Part shown: piece after piece, positions 1 through 12,500 of the stretch | Position numbering within the stretch: position 1 is the first letter of the stretch | Layout: every line of letters begins with the position of its first letter | Assembly (NCBI GenBank): GCA_003971905.1 | Contig: RSEE01000025.1 | Location: 434,001-498,000 of the forward strand | Source of the DNA: Moniliella sp. 'wahieum' | Taxonomy: Eukaryota | Direction: 5' to 3' | Length of the DNA: 64,000 bases | Notes under the pieces: model-generated | What the model was told of the DNA's origin: nothing | Seen by the model: the letters and a program-made list of their open reading frames with translations, nothing else | Database searches by the model: none | Translations under genes and position numbers: made by a program

Positions 1-2356
1 TTTGGAGGAACGCCCTTCCCCCCCCCCTCGAAAGAGAGGGGAGCAAAAGAGTCAACATGAAGACACAGCAAATGAAAGAGGAGGGGACAGGAATATGAGA
101 AAGAGAGGGATGAATAAGGCTCGCACAACAGCCAACCGCGGTATGCAAGAAGCATTATACAATGCAGGCATGCTGATCCGTGCCTTGGCACCGGCCTCTG
201 GGCATAATTTGAGATGCCCGTCGACAACGGACGATATGATGATTGGCGCCATGGTTCTCACGACCAAACCCAACGCCGGTATTGAGAGCATCTACCTCTT
301 CTTGCCTTTACTTCAAGGCCACAGTGATGATGAGTGGTTCTCCTTTTCTCCCAAAATTACCCAATCGTGCCCGCGCTTTTGCAATGACCCCTCAAAATAT
401 ATCCCAAGGAATACGATGTAAAAGGAGTCAGTCAGACTTCACCCCCTCTACCCGTATTTCCCCGTGGTTCCCCAAATGGCCAGCTCTACGCCGCTTTCTC
501 CCCGTTTCGTTGCTGCCGTTGGCTGGATCTAGGGAGACTTGGTCGGCATTTGTGCTTATTCGCCATGACGCCATCCTCATGAAGTGAACACGCCTTCGAA
601 AAAGTACCGTAACGCCGGAATGAAAAAAGTCACTCCCGCTCAGGCAGCCAAGTCGATAATGGGCGTTGAAGAGGTTGTGTTCAAGCTGCTTAAGCATGAC
701 TTAAAGAAGCGATGTTTTCACAACCCACACCACTCCGTTTTCCTACTTACTACTCAGAAAACATCCGATAGTACTTCTCTCGATCGTGTGTCAGATCTGA
801 GATATGTCGATGAAGCCGAGGCAGCTGGAAGTAAGTCCTGGTGCATTAGTTTATCCGGATCATTGCATGTGTATAGCAGGCCTATGGAATGTATCTATTC
901 CGTTGATTTGCCGAAAAGATCTCAAGATCGACGTAAAACACACATTGAAAGCAGAGTGCCAGGCCGAAGTTGACCTTGTGTCGCGTATATGATAGGGCAG
1001 CGGGCCGTGAGCCACCCGTGTGTCAGACTTTGGCGTTCCTCTTAATTCTTAGTTGGTACCTGTCTTTTTCTTGACGGCTGAGTGGTAGATACGTCTTCGT
1101 CTCCTATAATCGACGTTTAGTTTACAACGGCCCCATCCAGTGGTACTAGTAGAGATATAGGATGGCCAAAACAACTGATTGGAACGTGAATAAGAGAGCT
1201 GTCGCATGTGAGATCTGAGATGCAAGAGTTGGTTGCACATGTGGATTATCCGCCGGATACCATGATGAAGAGACAGGCCACTAATTAAGGCAAAGGGTAG
1301 TGAATATGCTGGGTAACATGTAACAGAGTGAAAGATTGGGGGCTAGGGTGAAGTACTAGACCGGGCGATCAATGGGTGAGCGCGATGAATCGGTCACACC
1401 AGTGAGAGCCCAGAACCGCGGTTGTCCGTTAACTGAGAAGTAGCTACGCTACCAAGCTAAGGACGATTGCACTGTGCAGGGTGGGAACAGTCAGAGAAAG
1501 CTTCTTGTAAGCTCCTGACGCTAGTCCAACCTTCAATGCAACAGGGAGAAGAGGAAGGAGGGGAACGAGGGCGCGACGGTAACCAATCCGGAGCGCGCGA
1601 GTCGCGGAACTCTATAGCCAGTTCCGCTTGCAGCGACATGGCCGACCCAGCCATCACCACCAAGTGGTGCCACATGCCACCACACTCCAACACAGAGGCC
1701 TGTTCACCGCCGCGTTATCGACTATCGATCATGTTCTAGCGGCTAATGTACCCAGCTGGACTCCTCTATGCCCTGATATTTTCGTGAGGGTATAAAGTTG
1801 GAGGTGCATGTGGGACCTGTGGAAAAGAGGCAAAATGGAGATGGGTATCCCAGAAGAACCTGTTACGCTGGCTCACCCGGGGTAGCTAGTAGGTCCGCTT
1901 GGCCAGGGAAGCTGGAGACCATCGCACCAACCCTGCACACCGCCGAGCATACACGTGTGCGCAAGCGTGTGTCACATGTCATGGATGAAATAGTTTGTCA
2001 TTCACGTCATCCGTCATTCATGCGCTGCTGCTTTGATGTGGCGGCATGCAGCTGGATGTGCCGCACAAGAGCACCGCATGCGTCCACGACGCCTGGCTGG
2101 CGTAGCGCCTCTGCCGCAACCACAATGGCATGTGCAGCGGCACTACGCACTAGTCACTAGGTGCTTGCTATATACTCCTACTAGTTACGTGACGCAGGCC
2201 TGCTCGCCACGGCGCCTGTGTCTTGTCTCCCTGCATCGTCTGCCCGAACATGGGAGAGCCTTCTGGTCCGCGTCCGGGGGCAGCCGGTCGGTCAGGTCAG
2301 CCGTATGCCCCGTCGGCACACAGGCGCCCTGCGCGGAGCTGACCCCGCCTGCAGTC

Positions 2357-2418
2357 TTTAAGCTTTAACGTTTAACGTTTAACGTTTAACGTTTAACGTT
2401 TAACGTTTAACGTTTAAC
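2357..2418. repeat. Heptamer tandem array (AACGTT-T)x7, preceded in register by AAGCTT-T
   Basis: Read directly: ttt AAGCTT t AACGTT t AACGTT ... t AAC; about 400 bp upstream of the S53 peptidase ATG. Confidence 0.95.
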
Positions 2419-2817
2419 TGAAACGCAGGCAATGGGGCTGAGCATGATCGACGATTGGCACGCGTCCCCGGCATGGGGTGAGTGAGGAGAGAGAGCACAG
2501 GCGGGAAAGCAGTACGGGGCAGTTGGCGTGTGTTGCTCTCGCCCCCAGCCATGCCCACTCCGTGCTGGCTCGCAAGGGCCAGTGCTGACTAAGCTAGACA
2601 CCTCCGTCCCATGGCACCACCCCTCTCATATATATCCCCCCTCCGCCACGGTCATCCGTCAGCGCATCTCTCCTCTGTCCACCTCCTCCGTCCTTTTCTC
2701 CCCTCTCGCCCCCTCTTCCCCCCTCTTCCTCCTCCTGCCCCGCTCCCTCTCCCACCTTCACGTTCTTTGCCCACCCCCCCCCACGGTTTCTCCTTACATA
2801 TCTCCCCCCGCCCCACC

Positions 2818-4886
2818 ATGCTTACCCGCGGCGTTCTCCTCCTCGCCGCCTCCTCCGCCGCCCTGGGCGCGCGCGTGCTCAGTGGCGCCAAAGTCAACCC
2901 CCACGCGTACCAGTATATCTCCTACCACCGAGGCCCACCACGCGCGCGAGATGGAGTTCACCATCTACCTTCCCTCGGCCGACGATGCTGGCCTGGACAA
3001 AAAGATGCACGAGATCGCTCTCAACCGTGACCTGCCCTGGTTGACCGACGAAGAGTTGGGCGAGTACGTGCGCCCCGAGGCGCACCACATTGCGGCGGTG
3101 CAGAAGCATCTTGAGGCCCATGGTGTCCCGGACCATGCGTTGACCTGGACGCCCCATCAGGACCAGGTCAAAGTCAAAACGACCGCCAAGACCGTCAAGG
3201 CCATGTTCCCTGGCACCGAACTGCACCTCTACAAGTTCCGTGACGCCACCGACATTCTCAAGTCCCACGCCGTCTACATCCCCGACCACCTCGCTGCTGC
3301 CGTGTCTCATATCTCCTACTTGGCCGACTTCCCCGTCCCGCGCGGCTCGGCCGTTCGCGCCCCCGAGCACCTGCAGAACAAGAAACGTGCTGACCTCGCC
3401 GTCCCCGCTCGGCACAGCAAGCACGGCAAACGCTTCAATCGCGCCCACAGTGGTCCCGTCATGGCCCCGATTCAGCTGCAGCCTAATAGCACAGGGGTCA
3501 AACCGGCCAGCCTCTTCAAGGGGGTCCACCTGCCTGAACAACTGACTGGATGCAACGAGGACTTAATTCCGGCTACCTGCCTGCGTCACTACTACGGAAC
3601 GTACGACTACACGCAGAGCCTCGAAAAGAACCACCGCCCTTCTTCTTCCGATCCGCCCGATACCACCATCTTTGGTTACATTGGAGAGAACGCCAACCAG
3701 AAGGACCTGACGACCTACCTCAAAAAGTTCCGTCCCGAGGCGGCCGATTACAAGATTGAGATCCAGGATATTTACGGTGCTTACACCAACGTTTCGAATC
3801 CCACCGGTGAGGCGCAGCTGGACATTCAGATGGGTACGTTGGTATTCCTTGTTTTTGTGCTGGCTGCCATGCACGCAGAATGCTGACTTTGGCCTCCCCT
3901 CTTTTTTCTCACCCTGCTTTCCCCCTGCAGTCGTCGGCCAGTCCTGGCCCCTGGAGGCCAAGTATATCAACCTCGGCACGCCCGACGATCCGCAGGACAT
4001 TTTCCTCCAGACGTTTGACTGGCTGCTGTACGATGATGGGAAGGATCAGCGGCCTGGTGTGGTGTCGATTTCCTACACGTCGGACGAAGATGGCATGTCC
4101 ATTTCAGGTGCGAACGAAATGTGCAACTCGGCCAAGAAATTGACGGCCTTGGGCACGACGATCGCCGTCTCGACCGGGGACAATGGCGTGTCGGGCGCAG
4201 GGGCGCAGGAGAAGGAGTGGTGTGCGGCCGATGGCGGCAAGCACCCCTTTATTCCGCTTTACCCAGTCACCTGCCCCTACATTCTCGCCGTGGGCGCCAA
4301 CCGTGGGTTCAATGGGATTGCCGACGGCGAAGCGATGGTCAATGTTAGCGCGGGCGATGGAGGCGCCTCCAGTGGCTTTTACTCGGGCGCCGGTCGCTCC
4401 AACATTTTCTCCCTGACCCAAGCCCAGTACCAGGAGGACGACGTGCAGCAACTGTACCAGAGCATCGCTGACTCGCCCACCGAACCGTCCTACATGTACA
4501 ACCACACCGGTCGTCTCTACCCGGATCTGACCATGAACGGCTGGTGGGCCGATGTGATTGTGGGCGGTAAGGTGAATGGGATTGGAGGCACGTCCGCCTC
4601 GACACCCACCACGGCGGCCATTTTGGCGTTGGTCAACGATGCGCTGGTACGCAAGGGCAAGTCGCGTCTGGGCTGGATCCACCCGCTGCTCTACTCGTCC
4701 CAAATTCACGAGGAAGCCTTCAATGACATTTCGCTCGGCGGCTCCTTTGGTTGCAACCCCATCACGACCGACAACGATTACGGTGTGATGTATGTCGGCG
4801 CCCAGGCTCGGACCGGATACGACAGTTCGGCGGGCTTGGGCTCGTTCCGGTTCAAGAATCTGGTCCGCGCTTTGGGGGTTTTGTAA
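2818..4886 (+). CDS. Secreted S53 sedolisin-family peptidase (tripeptidyl-peptidase-like)
   Basis: Signal peptide MLTRGVLLLAASSAALG at ATG 2818; frameshift near 2920 into the activation prodomain; catalytic motifs EAQLD, STGDNG and GGTSASTP; C-terminal GYDSSAGLGS Ca-site-like motif; intron 3834-3930 (GTACGT..GCTGAC..CAG) joins the frames. Confidence 0.92.
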
Positions 4887-5720
4887 ACTCTCTCGGTTCA
4901 TCTCCTTGGGCAGATGCTATATGCCAAAGGACTGATGTGGGACTAGGAGCTGTGCTGATGCCCGTTGCGGTGTTGCGATTGGCACACTCTTTCCCGTCGT
5001 CTTGTCATTTCTCATGTGCCTGTATTTACTTGATCCGTCCAGCTTCCTCTTCGCCTGTTCGCCAGAGCGAGGGCTGGGGAAAGGGGATTGGATGGTATGG
5101 TTCGTTTCGTATATATATGTTGGGATTCTCTCTCTGTAGCATGCTGTGTCTAGCACGCTCTCTTCTATGATGGCTAACATGGATGCGCACCTACCGGCTT
5201 TCTTTGTTCTCCTCTTCTCTTTCTGTGTTTGATCCCAATGATTCCTACTCTTCAGTGATTTTGTGTGGCTTGGTTGCCTCGCATGGTCGTTTCTGACGGA
5301 TAGAAGGAGACCGATGGGAAGTCCACCTCTGGTTGGCGTGCGGCCGGGGCGGCGCATGCCAGAGGCAGATTGCCTACGTGGCCGCAGCCAGCAGGGCATC
5401 GGTGCAACGGGTGCAGCCCACGACAACCCGCATCACGCATCCCGTCGGATGCATGATGCATGACAGATCAGGGGCAGGCCCAACCCTACTGCGCACGGCT
5501 TCTTCTTGACGGATGGAACCCATTGCGGCAGACAGCGCCAGTGCCGTTCTGCGGGGGCTGGGCCCTGCGAGGCAGCGCAGCGCAGAGCAGCGCCGTGCTG
5601 CCGCCCTCGCGCGGCCGCCTGCCCGACTGGGCCTGCTTGTTCTCGCTTCCGCGCCCGTTCTTCGATCGGCCCACCACCTGTGTCCCCCTCCCTGTCCCTG
5701 TCCCTGTCCGCGTCTTTACC

Positions 5721-6281
5721 ATGGTCCGTCCCGCCGCTCCCATCCCCCCTCCCTGAGGCATCCGCATTGCGTGCACTACTAACCTCCGATGCCCTTTCCA
5801 GTCTGACGACGAGAAGCACAATGTCGAGTTTGAGTCGGCCAACGCTGGCGCGTCGCTGACGTTCCCCATGCAGTGCTCGGCGCTGCGCAAGAACGGCCAT
5901 GTGGTGATCAAGGGCCGTCCGTGCAAGATTGTGGACATGTCGACGTCCAAGACGGGCAAGCACGGACACGCCAAGGTGCACCTGGTTGCCGTTGATATCT
6001 TTACCGGCAAGAAGCTCGAAGACATTTCCCCCTCGACGCACAACATGGAGGTGCCCAAGGTGACGCGGACTGAGTACCAGCTGGTCAACATTGACGATGG
6101 CTTCCTCAACCTGCTCACCACCGACGGTGACTCGAAGGACGATGTGCGTGTTCCCGAGGGCGAGTTGGGTGACCAGCTGCAGGCCGACTTTGACGATGGT
6201 AAGGACCTGATGGTCACCATCGTCTCGGCCATGGGGGAGGAATCGGCGTTGGCGTTCAAGGAGGCGCCCCAGGGCAAGTAA
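5721..6281 (+). CDS. HYP2: Translation factor eIF5A
   Basis: Hypusine motif [15 protein letters not shown] 5721-5723, then intron 5724-5801 (GTCCGT..TACTAAC..CAG), then [18 protein letters not shown] in frame with the 5868 ORF. Confidence 0.98.
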
Positions 6282-7807
6282 ACTCGCCTTGTCACACGAG
6301 ATTGACTGCGCTTCTTGGTCGCGTCGAAACACATCTCTATGCATGACTAGGTACTTGCTCCTTCTTCGGCGCGCTCTTGGGCGGGGACATGTGGTGCTTG
6401 CAATAGTTCTCCTTGGCAGTCTTCCTTTTGGTTCGCCATCCTGTCTTCTAGTAGCGACTCGAAGCAGATGATTCAAACGCAGGTTGGGCATCCCATAGGA
6501 AGGAGTACGTTCGTGAGAGCTTCGCGGAGAATGAATAGCCAGTTGTACCATCGACCATTCGCAGTGGATGAAGAACATTGAATGCCAACAGTAGCTGGAG
6601 AGCAGAAGACAGCGCTCGACGCCGGCACCGAACAAGATTGGGATCGAGCAACGCTTGAAGTCCTCGTTTCGTATAAGCGGGGTCGACACGCCTCAACGCG
6701 TCAAGGTAGCCCCCATCTGCGCGGGCAGGCACACGCACGTGGAAGTAGCTCGAGCGGAAAAGAAAGGCGCCCGTGTTCAGCAACGCCAAGGGTGTGGGGG
6801 GGAGGGGGTTGAGGAAGGCAGCTGTACCCATCAGGTGGAGGGAGACGACCACCGAGCCGAGAGGAAATGACTCATGGAGCGCTTCTACCTGAAGTCTGTT
6901 TGGGTCAGCGGCTCAACAGCACGGGATCTATAGGTGAGCAACGCCGTACCATTCAGCCCAGAAGACGGGCTATAGACGTCTCGCTGAAACTCAGCTTGGT
7001 CGAGGGGTTCTTTGGTGGGCAGGAGGTGTGCGGCATCGCAGCCTAGTGTCATAGAGATGTGCCTCGAGCATCTTGAGTAAGAGGGCAAATCCGACCGAGG
7101 AAAAGGACTGTAAAAGTGAGTAATTCGCAGCAGTTGGGGGCTTTGAGAGGGAGCGTGAAGGTACAGTTCACTAGGAGACGCTCAGAGAGGGCATGGAGGG
7201 ACAGTGGCTGCGAAGGGGACTCATGAGAAGTAGGCTGGAAAAGGTGGCGTGCGGGGGGGGGATGGGAAGACACGAGAGGGAGGGGGGCGCTCGGCCTAGA
7301 GATGGGGGGTGTGGAGGCGATAGGAGCTGGGAGAAGAGACTCGGGCTTGGTCCATACATACATAGGAAAATGGTGTTGGGGAATGCTGTTCGCAGCGGGC
7401 TAATCGACAAAATGAGGTATGGGTTTGCCCCACACTCTGGTGGACGATCAAGGTGTGGAGGAGAGGATGCGCATGGCGACTCGAAGCAGAAGAGGTCGGG
7501 CGGCGAGGGTGCTGTTTGCCTGGTGCGAGCTCCCACCTGCACATCATGAGATGGGTCCAGTGGCGCCCCAACGGCAGCAAGCGGCGGCCACACAGACACA
7601 TATGGCGGTGGGCTGGGTTGTGCTGGGCGGGGCTGTTCATTTGCGTGTGCAAAATGATCTTTTGCTGATCTTAATGATCGACCATCCGATTGATATTGAC
7701 TCCGCTTTGCCACAGCCCCTGGCTTCTCTGGGCTGGGCTAGATGCGGTGTACTCCACCGTGTTTCCCTGCGCGCTCGCCTCGTTCCCGCGCACCGCACCG
7801 GTGGCAC

Positions 7808-8887
7808 ATGCACCTCCGTATCGCCTTTGATCCCGACGCCCTCGCCGACACGCGCGGTAGCGTTGGTGCCCTGGTCAGCTTTCAGCCGTCCCCGCTGGCT
7901 GCCTGTCCCGCCGCCTCTCTCTCGGCACCTACCGACCTGTCTTCTTCTCTTGCCGAGGGCAGCGTCCTGCCGCCAGCGCACGCTACCCTCGAAGTGGATG
8001 CACGCCAACTACTGCTACGAACTGTCCTGCCTGCGGAAGCATTTAAGAAACTGCTCAACGTAGACCCGTGGCGCACCCTCGTCGACCGACCCTGGTCCCA
8101 CCGCGGCGGCAATGCGTTGGACAATGACGTGACGGGCGATGTGGCGATTGGACAGATCCCCTGTCTTGCCTCGTCTGACGGCACCAGCTACCCCAGCGGA
8201 TACCACATGCACCAGGCCGACGCCAACTTGGCAGACGAAGGGCGTTTCCTCTGGTCCTGGGAGCAGGTGGTGGAACGCATCCAGCGGCATTGGGACCTGA
8301 CCCCCGACTACGCCAGTTTCCTCACTTTCGAGGACAAGCCCACGTCGATGGTGTGGAACCAAGCGTCGTGGGACGCCTGTTGGTCCACGTACCTGCGCTA
8401 CAACACTTCTCCCTCGGGCCACGTACGCTGGCGCCTCCGTACCGCCCGCATCGTGTTTCGTTCGCCTGCCAAGACGCCTGTCGCCCAACCCCGTACCCCG
8501 CGCCCCAGTTCGCTCGACACACATCCACTCCTCGGCCTACCGGGTCCGGACCAACACCGCGGATGAGCGTTGCGACGTCGCACTATTCGCACCACTACCG
8601 CCGGCCAAGGTAACGTATACGTGCTTGGAATGCCTTCCAACCTTGCGTCTGCAGGCGACCATACATGCGCCTATTTTCTGACCCAGCCACTGCCTGATGT
8701 TGTTGTCCTACAGCCCCACTGCGCGCGGGACGGAAGCCAAGCGCGCGACCACCGAGGAAGGCTCTTCCCAGACCAGCAGCAACGTTCTCGGCCCCGGTCC
8801 CTGACCTTTTCTCCCAACGCTGCCGCGCAGCATCGACCAGACGAGACGGACGGGGAGTTGTTTCGATTGGCAGTCGCGCGTCTCTAG
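7808..8887 (+). CDS. Hypothetical protein
   Basis: About 250-aa globular-looking ORF (MHLRIAFDPD...WSWEQVVERIQRHWDL...); possible intron at about 8609 (GTAACG..CTGCAG); no family recognised; 3' end uncertain. Confidence 0.4.
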
Positions 8888-9565
8888 TCTGCAGCTTGAC
8901 TACCTCATCGGGCCCATGCAATGGGCCGGGCACAAGCAAGGCTGGTTCCTGCGCAGGCCGACCGATTCTTCTCCCCCCTCCCCCTTCTCTCTGATGGGGG
9001 CCCCAGTTTGACAGTGCGTAGCACAGCATACCCTACCTTTAGACCTCTTTACTTATTACTGGCCCGTACTCGTACCCATACCCACACCCACTCCTACCTC
9101 GTGTGCGCCTCGCGTTGGTGCGTCTCGATGGTGCCTCTCGTTTCTCTTCCTTGTCTCGATGGGCCAGGCGAATGTACTTGTACGTTATCTAACCCGCGTA
9201 GCTAGGTGGCGCTCCGACCCCGGGACGGATGCAGCTGCTCCCACGACACAAAGGGGAAAGGAAGAAACAGTTACGAAACCAACAAACTCGAACTGGGACT
9301 CGCCCTTGGGCACAACGCCCTCCGAGCGGTACGAGTCCCAAGGCTGGACGAACCAGCAGAACACGAAAACGAGGGCAGGGGGGGGGCAAGGGAGGTGGGG
9401 GAGCGAGGGGATCGGGAGTGGGGATCGGGGGTGGAGGGTGGAGACACAGGGCACAGAAGACAAGAGTCGGCAAGGGAGTCGACCCCTCCCCCCGATCTCC
9501 TTGTTGGTTGGTCCATCCAGCTAGCGCGGGGAGGGCACGCCGAACCCCCCCGGGCTCGCAGAAGC

Positions 9566-12500
9566 TTACGAAGCCGCACCGGTGCTTGGCCGTCCGAACC
9601 GGGCGCGCAGTTCGGCCAGGCGCTCTTCGCTGGCCAAGGAAGAGCGGGGTGTGGCCACGCCATTGCTCACATGGGCCGAGGAGCGAGACCCCACCGTGCC
9701 GGCCGCACGGCCAATCGAGTCGCCTCCCGACGACGGGGCGAACCAAGGTGAGAAGGAGAGTGAGGCGCGGCACTGAACCGTCCGGCACTCGTACCGGACA
9801 TGGCCGAGGGGCGCGGGGTATGGGGGCGGTACAGCTCGGCGGCCGGGTAGAGGCGGTGGTGCGGATCGAGTCGCGGGCCGACATACCATCCATACCGTTC
9901 ACTAAACCAAGCCGTGAGAAAGGGGGGGGGAGGGTTAGTAAGGGCCGCACCCAAGGAGAGAAAGTAAAGGGGGAGGGAGGAAGGAGAGGAGGAGGAGGAG
10001 GAGGAGGAGGAGGAGACGTACCCGCTTCGACGGCCGAGGCTTCTTCGTCTTCGGCTGCATGGTTGGCCAGAGCACGTTTGATGTAGCGTTGGAAGATGGG
10101 GCCGGTGTTTTGAAGCGAGCGTTCGATCGAGGCTTGTTTGTGCGGGTAGCGTTTTTGGAACTCGTACAGTTGCCGGATCGCGAGGCGCGATTGATCTTTC
10201 TGGCTGATGCGCTCAAAGATGGCATGCAGTTCTGCGCTCGCTTCGTCGTCCGGGTCGCGTGCGTGCGTTTGCGGAGTGTGGGAGCGCGGGCCGGGGAGGA
10301 GAGGGTCTGGGCCGGGCGCGCGCCCACCGAGCTGGCCCGCGTCGCAGCCGAGTAGCGCGACTCGTCGTCGTCGGGGGTATTGATCATGCGCATCAAGATG
10401 CGGTAGACCTCCGACTGTTCCGGCTGATCAATCAGGTCCATATGCTGCAACACGTCTTCGCCCATATCGTTGTGGATGTGGGTAAGGATGATCTTGAACG
10501 TTTTGCTGGGCATGTCGCCCATAGGAAGACCATCGGCTGCGCGGGCGCGCCACTCTTCGCGCGGGATGGCCCGGAACTGCTGCTCGATAGCCCAGAGCAG
10601 TCGACTGGGATCAACCAGGTGCTCCTCCAATGCGCTTGGTAACGTCTTGGTCACCTTCCACAAACACTTGACGATCAGCTCGGCGTACTTGCTCCTCCTG
10701 GCCAAAATATCGGGCGCCAGCTCACGGAAATCTTCCGTGGCCTCCAACAGCATGCCAAAGCAAGTTCTACAGACACCACGTTCGTCAGTCCACATCCTTC
10801 TCACATACAACAAACAAGAGGGAGACCAAAACATACTCATACACCCGTTCATGTTGACCGAATGGAACGAACGGAGGACAACACTGTTGACGGTCGGGTG
10901 TACGTGCGGAGCGGATCATTGCATCAACCGAGTTGGCCAACATCAAACGTTGGATCAGCTCAGTCAAAGCCGCCTGGAACGTATCGGTCGAGATGGACCA
11001 GGCGAACGGGTGGCCCTCTGCGCCCCGGTGCTCCGGGGAGAAGAAAGTGCCCACCGTCAGGACAAGCTGGGTGCGCAGTTGGCTCAGTTCCGGAGGCTCG
11101 TCTGCCACCGAGAAGGCCGAGTGTACTTGTTGCGTCAAGACGCCCAGCACCCGATCCGCCATCCGGCTCACCGTTTCGTCGTTCCGCGTAATGGCATCCT
11201 GCACTTCCTTGAGCGCATTCACTGCAGTCAGCGGGTCGGGGCTCAACGCCTGCGTCAGCCAGTGGTCCAGATCCGTCTCGGTGTGCGTAAGAGCCTGGCC
11301 AAAGGAAGAAGGCGGCCGAGCCAGGCTCGAGCCAGGCCGGGCAAGACCAGAGGAAGGACGAGCGAGGCCAGAGCGCGAGCTGGGGCGTGCCAACCCGGAT
11401 CCTGGGCGGGGCAAGCCCGTGGGCGGGCTGGTGCTTCTCCCCACCTCCCGTTCCTCCCCTTCCGAAGAAGGAAGCAAAGGTCTCCGCGCCGCGGCGGAGC
11501 TGGGCCGCGGTAAGGCAGAGGCGCGCGAGCCGGCACGAGGCAGGCCTGACCCCCGGCACCCGGAAGCATCGACGGTCGCGCGAGGCGGGAGGGAGGCGGC
11601 AGCGCAGAGCGAGACGTGCCATTGCTGGTCACGGGGGCCGCGGCCGCACGGGCGACATGGCCACTTTCTCGGCCGGTTTGCTGGGAGCCGGGACGCGCTT
11701 CAGCCGCTCCTCCCCATCCCCCTTTCCTTGGGCGGGAGGTTGGAAGTGTACTTGTAAATCTCATCGCCAAGCACCTTGAAAGCCTCGGCGAGCACGGCGA
11801 GGGCGGCATGCCGGACGGCAGTATCCCGGTCTCCCGTCTGCTTAGCCACAATGGGCAAGTTGCGCGCCGGTGCGACGACATGCGGGCCGTACTTGTTGAC
11901 CAGGTAGGCTACCTCCGTCAGCACTCGCTCCTCGTGCGCGAATTCTTCGAACCCAACCCATCGTCCATGTAGCGTGCCACCAACTTGGACGCCGGGTAGA
12001 CCGCCGGCAGGGCGCGCGCAATCGCACGCACCCGGTCTCGGAACGTCGCCTTGGCATCGCCAAACTTGCCGATCAGAGTGGGCACCAAGATCACCGCCTC
12101 GGCCTCAGACAAGTGCCGGTCCGCCGTCTTTCGCCCATCCACCAACTCATCCAGCAACTCGAGGCACTTGAGTCCCACCGACGTGCCCCCCTCGGCCAGA
12201 CGCAGCGTAGCATACTTGGCGAGCAAGTCCCAGTTGGCCACCAGCCGGCCCAGCAGCTCCTCCCGGTCCAGCACACCCTCCGTCTCGGCCCCAGCGCTGG
12301 TCAGAGGCGCAAAGAGATCAATCAGGGTGGTCAATGCAGCGAGGTAGTCCCGCTCGGGCGAGTGGTCGCGGGAGAACATGGCGTCCAGGATGGCGGGCGT
12401 AAAGTGGGGCTCGCAGAGCGCTTGCAGCGCCGCCGCCGTGTCGGGACGCAACACCAAGTCCGCCCCAATCCACGGATGGGGCAACCGCGCATCCTTCTTT

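Noticed and set aside
1..1000. Short ORFs at the window start as a gene
   Set aside because: No recognisable motif or reliable splice structure.
2357..2418. Heptamer arrays as CRISPR or telomeric repeats
   Set aside because: Eukaryotic context, no unique spacers or cas genes, and no TTAGGG-like G-rich unit.
6448..7713. Possible minus-strand spliced hypothetical gene
   Set aside because: An intron-like GTACGG..GCTGAC..CAG is present, but I could not build a coherent frame or find a recognisable domain.
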